Assembly: GCF_001644705.1 (NCBI RefSeq)
Contig: NZ_CP015137.1
Span: 930,001 to 962,000 of the forward strand
Origin: Dickeya solani IPO 2222
GTDB taxonomy: Bacteria; Pseudomonadota; Gammaproteobacteria; Enterobacterales; Enterobacteriaceae
DNA length: 32,000 nt
Direction of reading: 5' to 3'
The notes beneath the pieces are model-generated. The model worked only from the letters and a program-made list of their open reading frames with translations, had not been told where the DNA came from and searched no databases. Numbering within the stretch: position 1 is the first letter of the stretch; each line of letters begins with the position of its first letter. The position numbers and the translations under genes were made by a program. Below, in pieces: positions 8,389 to 15,226 of the stretch.

Positions 8389-9367
8389 TCTGCCGCTGAT
8401 GATTACCCTGGCGGTGTTCGTGCTGGGTTACCTGTACTGCCTGACACAGTTTCCCGGCTTTGCCTCCACCCGGGTGATCTGCAACATTCTTACCGATAAC
8501 GCCTTTCTTGGCATCATCGCCGTCGGCATGACCTTTGTGATTCTTTCCGGCGGTATCGACTTGTCCGTCGGGTCGGTGATCGCCTTCACCGGCGTGTTTC
8601 TCGCCAAAGCCATCGGCGTCTGGGGGCTGTCGCCGCTGGCGGCGTTTCCGCTGATCCTGTTGATGGGCTGCGCCTTTGGCGCATTCATGGGCTGGCTTAT
8701 CGACGCACTGAAGATCCCGGCGTTCATTATCACCCTCGCCGGGATGTTCTTTCTGCGCGGCGCCAGCTATCTGGTGTCGAAAGAATCCCTGCCGATTAAC
8801 CACCCAATCTACGAGACGCTCTCCAGTCTGGCGTGGGTCATTCCCGGCGGCGGACGACTCAGCGCGATGGGGTTGCTGATGCTGATGGTCGTCGCCGTCG
8901 GCATCGTGCTGGCCCGCCATACCCGTTTTGGTAATGAGGTTTACGCTATCGGCGGCAACAGCACCTCCGCCAACCTGATGGGCATCTCCACCCGCAGCAC
9001 CACCATCCGCATTTACATGCTGTCCACCGGGCTTGCGACCCTCGCCGGCATCGTATTTTCTCTTTACACCTCGGCGGGTTATGCGCTGGCCGGGGTCGGG
9101 GTCGAGCTGGACGCCATCGCGTCGGTGGTGATCGGCGGTACGCTGCTGAGCGGCGGCGTCGGCACCGTACTTGGTACGTTATTCGGCGTGGCGATTCAGG
9201 GGCTGATTCAAACCTACATCAATTTCGACGGCACCCTAAGCTCCTGGTGGACCAAGATCGCCATCGGCGTGCTGCTGTTTGTGTTCATCGCCCTGCAACG
9301 TGGGCTGACCGCACTGTGGGAAAACCGCCAAAATGCGCCGGTGCGCCGTATCGCCCCGCACGGATAA
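8375..9367 (+). CDS. yjfF: Galactofuranose ABC transporter permease YjfF
   Basis: Start at ATG 8375 (RBS AGGAG), overlapping the ytfT end by 14 nt. MIKRNLPLMITLAVFVLGYLYCLTQFPGFASTRVICNILTDNAFLG is almost identical to E. coli YjfF. Confidence 0.95.
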   Translation: MIKRNLPLMITLAVFVLGYLYCLTQFPGFASTRVICNILTDNAFLGIIAVGMTFVILSGGIDLSVGSVIAFTGVFLAKAIGVWGLSPLAAFPLILLMGCAFGAFMGWLIDALKIPAFIITLAGMFFLRGASYLVSKESLPINHPIYETLSSLAWVIPGGGRLSAMGLLMLMVVAVGIVLARHTRFGNEVYAIGGNSTSANLMGISTRSTTIRIYMLSTGLATLAGIVFSLYTSAGYALAGVGVELDAIASVVIGGTLLSGGVGTVLGTLFGVAIQGLIQTYINFDGTLSSWWTKIAIGVLLFVFIALQRGLTALWENRQNAPVRRIAPHG

Positions 9368-9379
9368 CGGCATCGCCCG

Positions 9380-9401
9380 CCGGTGGCAAATTTGCCATCG
9401 G
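9380..9401 (+). terminator. Stem-loop 13 nt after the yjfF stop
   Basis: CCGGTGGCA-aatt-TGCCATCGG forms a 9-bp stem (one G-U pair) and contains the perfect palindrome TGGCAAATTTGCCA. There is no U-tract, so it could instead be a protein-binding palindrome. Confidence 0.4.
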
Positions 9402-9646
9402 CAGGAATACGCCTATGTTTGAATACAGGGACAGCGTCACCGGGCAACGACCCGGCATTTATACCCATAGCGCTTTTCACCCTTGCCACCCTTCGCTTTC
9501 CTTTCTTCACACCACCAGGTCATACGTTGTTCGAACATAACGACATGAAACGACTGTCAGCCCGGCAATTGGCCTGTGCAACGGTTTTTTCGGGTGGCTG
9601 CACATTCATTTTTCGACATTGACACGTTCTATCGAGAGGAAATGCC

Positions 9647-11068
9647 ATGACTCGCACCAAAAACTACACCGCAAGTACACCCGAAGTAGAACAGCCGCCA
9701 CATTACGAAAGCAGCGGGCACAGCCTGCTGACCCTGGATAACGCCGGGCCGATCCAGATGGGATTTTGGGTGCCCAACCGGGTATGGGCTACCGCCAAAT
9801 TTCTGATGCCACTACGCGAACATATCGCCAACAGAAAACAGGCCAATACCCTGACGCCGATGCAACCCGTTCTCCAGAACTTTAAAAACTGGGTGACCAA
9901 CCACAGCGTCTACCGCATGTGGCTCAATAGCATGATCGAACAATCCAACGCCTATGTTGCTTCGCTGCCCGAATCCACCCGCAAGGAGATCAGCGACGAT
10001 GGCGACGTCACCTGGATAGACGGCTACGACAGCTTCTTCGAGATCCTCAACGAAATCATCACTACCTCGCCGTCATTCAACACCACCGCACAAGTCGGGA
10101 CACCGATGAATGCGTTCCTGGCGGTGGCGATGGGGACAGAAGCGGGCGTGGCGCTGTTCCACGACGCCACGTTCAATCAGCAGTTCCGCCAGGTGCTGGA
10201 CGCCTGGAACAGCTTCCTGAAAAGCAGCGCCTCACTCGACAAACTCGATATCGCACAGCCGGAAAAAGCCGGCTCCTGGATCTCCAAAGCCGCGCACCAG
10301 GCCGGCGTCTGGCACCAGATGCAGCACGATCCCACACTGCCGGGCTACGGTTTCGCCAGCTGGAACGATTTCTTTATCCGTCAGTTCGTCCCCGGCGCGC
10401 GCCCATTCCAGGGTGATCCGAACACCCAGGTAGACATCGGCTGTGAAACCACGCCGTGGCGCCATGCCGACCAGTTGCAGCTGGAGAGCCGATTCTGGGT
10501 CAAAGACATCCCTTATTCGCTGCTCGATCTGTTCGGCGGGCAGCGGCAATGGGCCAAACTGTTCGAGGGAGGGCAGCTCTATCAAGGGTTCCTCTCCGCC
10601 ACCCACTATCATCGCTGGAACGCGCCGCTGGACGGTTTTCTGGTGCGCTCCTGGGTAGAGCCGGGCACTTACTTCGCTCAGCGTCCCGGACAGGGCGAAG
10701 ATCAGGGCACCTGGGAAGGCACCGAGTCGCAACCTTACCTCGGCCATGTGGCCGCGCGCGCGGTGTTTATCTTCCGGCACAAGACCTGCGGCTACGTGGC
10801 GCTCATCTGCATCGGCATGGTGGAAGTCTCCAGCTGCGTGATCGAACCCAGCACCTTTATCGTTGAAGAGAGCGCCGAGCCGGTCAGCATCACCCGCGGC
10901 GTCGAAATCGGTCACTTCGAGTTCGGCGGATCGACCCACATGATGATCTTCCAGAAAGATCGGGTGGCGTTGGAAAAATGGGCCATCGACGCCGCCCGTC
11001 ACCGCAACGATAAAAATCCCACCCCGCTGGGCAGCGTGATCGCCACCGCGCTTCACAAAAGCCAATAA
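9647..11068 (+). CDS. PsiD-type pyruvoyl-dependent decarboxylase (phosphatidylserine decarboxylase superfamily with N-terminal accessory domain)
   Basis: 473 aa with RBS GAGAGGAAA. The C-terminal core has QGFLSATHYHRWNAPLDG, PGTYFAQ, IGMVEVSSC and the self-cleavage motif GHFEFGGST. The N-terminal half (PMQPVLQNFKNWV..., YGFASWNDFFIRQF) aligns with my recollection of the fungal tryptophan decarboxylase PsiD. No transmembrane segment is seen. Confidence 0.85.
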   Translation: MTRTKNYTASTPEVEQPPHYESSGHSLLTLDNAGPIQMGFWVPNRVWATAKFLMPLREHIANRKQANTLTPMQPVLQNFKNWVTNHSVYRMWLNSMIEQSNAYVASLPESTRKEISDDGDVTWIDGYDSFFEILNEIITTSPSFNTTAQVGTPMNAFLAVAMGTEAGVALFHDATFNQQFRQVLDAWNSFLKSSASLDKLDIAQPEKAGSWISKAAHQAGVWHQMQHDPTLPGYGFASWNDFFIRQFVPGARPFQGDPNTQVDIGCETTPWRHADQLQLESRFWVKDIPYSLLDLFGGQRQWAKLFEGGQLYQGFLSATHYHRWNAPLDGFLVRSWVEPGTYFAQRPGQGEDQGTWEGTESQPYLGHVAARAVFIFRHKTCGYVALICIGMVEVSSCVIEPSTFIVEESAEPVSITRGVEIGHFEFGGSTHMMIFQKDRVALEKWAIDAARHRNDKNPTPLGSVIATALHKSQ

Positions 11069-11164
11069 GCGTCCGCTCGGGTTCCGGTTGCGGCCGGGGC
11101 CCGCTTATCAAACCGGGCCGGAGCCCGCTCTCGCGCCCCCGGCTTCATCAAGGTCAGGTGAACC

Positions 11165-11404
11165 ATGTGTACCACAATGATTATCACCCGTGGTGCCACC
11201 GCCGACGGTTCCGCGATGGTGACCCATTCGGACGACGACGAACTGGCGGATCAGCGCTTTATCCATGTACCGGCACAGCATCCGGCCTGGGTGGCGCAGC
11301 GCGTCCCGGACGGCACTGTCTTGACGGCGCTACGGGGGTGCCGTGCCGCCCCACACATCGCCGACTATTTCTTTTCTGTTCATCAAGCGGTTCTTTTTTC
11401 GTGA
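11165..11404 (+). pseudogene. N-terminal stub of a peptidase C69 (dipeptidase A family) gene
   Basis: MCTTMIITRGATADGSAMVTHSDDDELADQRFIHVPAQ... shows the Ntn-hydrolase Met-Cys start and the A(T/S)xDGS pattern of C69 enzymes. Family-like sequence is lost after about 45 aa and the frame stops at 79 aa, whereas full-length enzymes are several hundred aa. Confidence 0.5.
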
Positions 11405-11758
11405 TCCCTTTCAACCTTTACGCCGACTTGCCGAATTTTGTTATTCGCTTTGGCGCGCCGTTGCCACAATAACCACAAGTCAACACAGGAAACACCGGGC
11501 CGCCGCCATCCGCACTGGCGCGGCATGAATAATGGAAGGGTTCTCTCAAGGATGAGATTCCCCCGTTGCGGCACAGTCATCCCATCTTCTAGCCATGCGG
11601 GAATGACGACCTCCGCACATACCGAGCCACACTCGGCCCGACCTGCATAAGACACCGAATCCGCATCCGTACTTTTGACCACTGCACGTTTGATCAACCC
11701 GCTCCAGGCCGATGATCAACGACGCGTAAACAGGTGACATAACAAGAGGATAAGCCCT

Positions 11759-13138
11759 ATGGAACACCCCGTGATCGAACCGACAGTACCGATGCCCACG
11801 CCGGTGATGTTTGATGCGCCGAGCGGTATTTTCGACTCGCTTGACGATGCGGTTCAGGCCGCGGCGCAAGCCCAGCGACAGTTGACCAGCGTTGAACTGC
11901 GCCAGCAGGTGATTAAAGCCATTCGCGTGGCCGGCGAGCGCTACGCACAGGTGCTGGCGGAAATGGCGGTGGCCGAAACCGGCATGGGCCGCGTAGTCGA
12001 TAAATACATCAAAAACGTATCTCAGGCGCGCCATACGCCGGGAATCGAATGCCTGTCGGCGGAAGTGCTGACCGGCGATAACGGCCTGACGCTGATCGAA
12101 AACGCGCCCTGGGGCGTCGTCGCCTCGGTTACCCCGTCCACCAATCCGGCGGCCACGGTAATCAATAACGCCATCAGTATGATCGCGGCGGGCAACAGCG
12201 TGGTGTTCGCGCCCCACCCGTCGGCGAAAAAGGTGTCGCTGCGCACCATCAGCCTGCTCAACAAAGCGATTGTCGCAACAGGCGGCCCGGAAAACCTGCT
12301 GGTCAGCGTCGCCGACCCGAATATCGAAACCGCACAACGTCTGTTCCGCTACCCCGGCATCGGCCTGCTGGTCGTCACCGGCGGCGAAGCGGTGGTGGAA
12401 GCGGCGCGCAAGCATACCGACAAACGGTTGATCGCCGCCGGGGCAGGCAACCCGCCGGTGGTGGTGGATGAGACCGCCGACCTTCCGAAAGCTGCCCGCG
12501 CCATCGTCAAAGGCGCCTCGTTCGACAACAACATCATCTGTGCCGACGAGAAGGTGCTGATCGTGGTGGACAGCGTAGCCGATGCGCTGCTGGCGGAAAT
12601 GCAGCGTAATCACGCGGTGTTGCTCACGCCGGAACAGACCGCGCGGTTGCTGCCAGTGCTGTTGAGCGATATCGATGCGCAGGGTAAAGGCCGCGTCAAC
12701 CGCGACTATGTCGGTCGCGACGCCGCCAAACTCGCCGCCGCCATCGGGCTGGAGGTCAACGAGCATACCCGTCTGCTGCTGGCGGAAACCGATGCCAGCC
12801 ACCCGTTCGCCGTCACCGAACTGATGATGCCGGTGCTGCCGGTGGTACGGGTGAAGAATGTGGATGACGCCATCGCGCTGGCGGTCACGCTGGAAAGCGG
12901 CTGTCGCCACACCGCGGCGATGCACTCCACCAACATCAGGAACCTGAACCGGATGGCTAACGCCATCAACACCAGCATTTTTGTGAAAAACGGCCCTTGT
13001 ATCGCCGGGCTGGGGCTGGGCGGTGAAGGCTGGACCTCGATGACCATCTCGACCCCGACCGGCGAAGGCGTCACCTCGGCCCGCACCTTCGTCCGCCTGC
13101 GCCGCTGCGTACTGGTGGACATGTTCCGTATCGCCTGA
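11759..13138 (+). CDS. eutE: CoA-acylating acetaldehyde dehydrogenase EutE, with a divergent N-terminus
   Basis: 459 aa with RBS AAGAGGA. From GIFDSLDDAV onward it is near-colinear with E. coli EutE (NAPWGVVASVTPSTNPAATVINNAISMIAAGNSVVFAPHP, catalytic-Cys region NNIICADEK, C-terminus TFVRLRRCVLVDMFRIA). Confidence 0.92.
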   Translation: MEHPVIEPTVPMPTPVMFDAPSGIFDSLDDAVQAAAQAQRQLTSVELRQQVIKAIRVAGERYAQVLAEMAVAETGMGRVVDKYIKNVSQARHTPGIECLSAEVLTGDNGLTLIENAPWGVVASVTPSTNPAATVINNAISMIAAGNSVVFAPHPSAKKVSLRTISLLNKAIVATGGPENLLVSVADPNIETAQRLFRYPGIGLLVVTGGEAVVEAARKHTDKRLIAAGAGNPPVVVDETADLPKAARAIVKGASFDNNIICADEKVLIVVDSVADALLAEMQRNHAVLLTPEQTARLLPVLLSDIDAQGKGRVNRDYVGRDAAKLAAAIGLEVNEHTRLLLAETDASHPFAVTELMMPVLPVVRVKNVDDAIALAVTLESGCRHTAAMHSTNIRNLNRMANAINTSIFVKNGPCIAGLGLGGEGWTSMTISTPTGEGVTSARTFVRLRRCVLVDMFRIA

Positions 13139-13156
13139 TTGTACGTTCGCCACCGC

Positions 13157-13183
13157 GTGTCGCCGCCAAAACGGCGGCGACAC
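13157..13183 (+). terminator. Perfect 11-bp GC-rich hairpin 19 nt after the eutE stop
   Basis: GTGTCGCCGCC-aaaac-GGCGGCGACAC. No U-tract follows (GGCAACG), so it may be an atypical terminator or a stabiliser. Confidence 0.5.
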
Positions 13184-13357
13184 GGCAACGCAACGAGGGG
13201 CAAGGGGATGGATAAAGTGTGCCGTAGCGCCTGTTCCTCCCCAACCGAATGCCGTATAACGGGCCATGCGCAGGTCTGCATCAGTCCTGTCGCCGGCAAA
13301 ACCCGGTCATCATGCCTTGCGGACCTCGCCCGCTATTGTCACGGAGGGGAGCTGACG

Positions 13358-14401
13358 ATGAAACACAATCCGGTCAACCTGCATCATCTGGATGCGGTGC
13401 GCCGTCTTCCGGCAACGACAGCGCTGTCGCCGGGCGATAACGTGCATCAGCGCCAGACTCAGGACGTCTACGCCCAGTCCCGCACCATTACCGCCTGGCA
13501 GCAGATTTACGACCAGGTCTCGCCGGGGCATTTCAACGGCGAGCTACAGGAAATCTTGCTCGACGGCATCCAGCTTTGTCACGAATACACCAGTCTGGCG
13601 CTGCGCCAGTCCTGCATGGTATGGCCGGATTCTTTCTGGTTCGGCATTCCGGCCCGTCATGTCGGGACCGGTTTCATCGGCTCCCATCCCATCAGCAATA
13701 GCGCGATTGCCGTCAGCCCCGGCGGTAAAGAGTTCGAACTGAACACGCCGGACGACTACGCCATTCTGGGGGTGGTGGTCTCCCACGACGAACTGCTGCA
13801 ATACACCGATGCCCTGGAAGAACCGGAACAGCTGACCCGCCTGCTGGCGCAAAGCGCCACGCTGCTGGTAGAACCGCGCAGGCGTGAAATCTTCTGGTCG
13901 TTTTTGCGTGAAGCGCTGTGGTATGGCGGCCATGAACCGCAACGCCTGCGGCATAGCAATGCGGTCAAAGTATTGAAACACAACCTGCTGACCACGGTGA
14001 TCTCGTTTCTGGAAAGCGCCCAGCCGGCCGTCGCCAGTACCGCGCACATCGACAAACGCATCGGCTACCGCAGCCTGATCGGCCGCGCCAGAGAATACGT
14101 ACTCAGCCAGCAGTCGGAACCGGTCACCGTGCTCGACCTGTGCCGCCGCCTGCACGTCAGCCGCCGCACGCTGCAAAACGCGTTCTGCGATGTACTGGGG
14201 TGCGGCCCCAACGCCTGGCTGAAGATGATCCGCCTCAACGCGGTACGCCGTGAGCTGGTCAGCCCTTATTCCCACCACCACACCGTGCAGGATGCCGCCA
14301 TGCAGTGGGGGTTCTGGCACCTGAGCCAGTTCGCCTGCGACTACCAGCGGCTGTTTGATGAAAAACCATCGGTAACGCTCAAAGCACGATTAGCAGGATA
14401 A
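13358..14401 (+). CDS. eutR: AraC-family ethanolamine operon regulator EutR
   Basis: The start was moved from the track's 13139 to ATG 13358 (RBS GGAGGGGA). MKHNPVNLHHL...DNVHQRQTQDVYAQSRTITAWQQIYDQVSPGHFNGELQEILLDGIQL... and the C-terminal VTVLDLCRRLHVSRRTLQNAF...WLKMIRLNAVRRELVSP...AAMQWGFWHLSQFA are colinear with E. coli EutR. Confidence 0.92.
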   Translation: MKHNPVNLHHLDAVRRLPATTALSPGDNVHQRQTQDVYAQSRTITAWQQIYDQVSPGHFNGELQEILLDGIQLCHEYTSLALRQSCMVWPDSFWFGIPARHVGTGFIGSHPISNSAIAVSPGGKEFELNTPDDYAILGVVVSHDELLQYTDALEEPEQLTRLLAQSATLLVEPRRREIFWSFLREALWYGGHEPQRLRHSNAVKVLKHNLLTTVISFLESAQPAVASTAHIDKRIGYRSLIGRAREYVLSQQSEPVTVLDLCRRLHVSRRTLQNAFCDVLGCGPNAWLKMIRLNAVRRELVSPYSHHHTVQDAAMQWGFWHLSQFACDYQRLFDEKPSVTLKARLAG

Positions 14402-14450
14402 AAAGAGGAAAGGCGGCAGCGCGGAAGATTATGGATATCAGGCGGTGTAT

Positions 14451-14474
14451 GACGAGCCGACGAGTATCGGCTCG
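14451..14474. terminator. Hairpin between convergent eutR and the secreted-protein gene
   Basis: ACGAGCCGA-cgagta-TCGGCTCGT forms a 9-bp stem with a 6-nt loop. It sits between the stop codons at 14401 (+) and 14488 (-). The flanks are poor in U. Confidence 0.45.
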
Positions 14475-14487
14475 TTGCTTCAGGCGA

Positions 14488-14934
14488 TCAATCCTGCCAT
14501 TTTTCAATAATGACGTTTACCGTGCCCGAATTGTCCGAGCGTTGCCAGTCCTGGAGGTACAAGTCGAAGCCCCCGGTTTGAGGAAAGGCGTGAATGATGG
14601 CGGCGGCATGCATACCGTCATCATTCAGGCCGTAATAGCTGACGGCAGCGGTCTTATCAGAGGTACTGGTGCGGTCATACACCATCAGCGCCGCCGATTT
14701 TGAACGCGTATTCCCGGCCTGCCCTGTTGCATAGTCAATACCCGCCGAAGTCGGATCAATACGAAAACGATAAACCCCCGACGCAATCGTGGTTTCATTG
14801 TAGGCGCGCCCCCCCGGAACGGTATTGTTAAACCCGTCCAGCGTGACGGTTTTATACGGCTGCCAGTCGGCCATCGCCGAGTAAGACGCCAATAACGACG
14901 CCGTAGCCACTAAAATTTTGGTAACCTTTTTCAT
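14488..14934 (-). CDS. Sec-exported small beta-rich protein of unknown function (possible PA-IL/LecA-like lectin fold)
   Basis: 148 aa with RBS AAGGA. The signal peptide is MKKVTKILVATASLLASYSAMA/DW. The mature ~125 aa is rich in Thr, Ser, Gly and aromatic residues. The C-terminus LYLQDWQRSDNSGTVNVIIEKW recalls [23 protein letters not shown] of LecA, from memory only. Confidence 0.7.
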   Translation of the reverse strand: MKKVTKILVATASLLASYSAMADWQPYKTVTLDGFNNTVPGGRAYNETTIASGVYRFRIDPTSAGIDYATGQAGNTRSKSAALMVYDRTSTSDKTAAVSYYGLNDDGMHAAAIIHAFPQTGGFDLYLQDWQRSDNSGTVNVIIEKWQD

Positions 14935-15226
14935 GATTCAATATCCTTCTGAATAAAGTAAATAGCCGTCATATAGTTATAAAAATATCTTTTAAAATCA
15001 ATTTTTTGGATATAACGATTTGTTTTAAATCGAGGCGATTGCCAAACAACACGGCTGTTTTGTTATTGACGATTTATGCCAGAACGGTGAGAGATTCGCA
15101 CCTGATGACGTCGGTTATCTCTTTACAGACTCACCGCACGCACGGCAAGGAGAAGAACAGACAACGGTGCGCTGATACAGGGAAGAGGGGTATTGCCGGA
15201 TGCGCTTTCACCCGGCAAGCGTAAAG

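Noticed and set aside
6084-8920. Several 190-280-aa minus-strand ORFs (6084-6926, 6942-7664, 7674-8237, 8345-8920) and + strand alternative-frame ORFs across the ytf operon
   Set aside because: All overlap ytfR, ytfT and yjfF, whose frames are fixed by near-identity to the E. coli proteins. Their compositions are typical of off-frame GC-rich translation.
9545-9622. A 25-aa ORF (MKRLSARQLACATVFSGGCTFIFRH) just upstream of the decarboxylase gene, considered as a leader peptide or lipoprotein
   Set aside because: It has no RBS. It has no run of regulatory codons. SGGC is not a good lipobox because no hydrophobic residue sits at -3.
11546-13267. A 573-aa minus-strand ORF
   Set aside because: It is antisense to the clearly homologous eutE. 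The sequence is Arg/Gly/His-rich nonsense with no RBS. It is a shadow ORF.
13139-13357. A 73-codon N-terminal extension of eutR given by the ORF track
   Set aside because: The extension is not homologous to EutR, and the 13157-13183 hairpin lies within it. ATG 13358 has a strong RBS and reproduces the E. coli EutR N-terminus (M-K-...-NLHHL).
15193-15218. The hairpin TTGCCGG-12 nt-CCGGCAA after yjiA, considered as a terminator
   Set aside because: The stem is short, the loop is long and no U-tract follows in the transcribed orientation. Support is insufficient.
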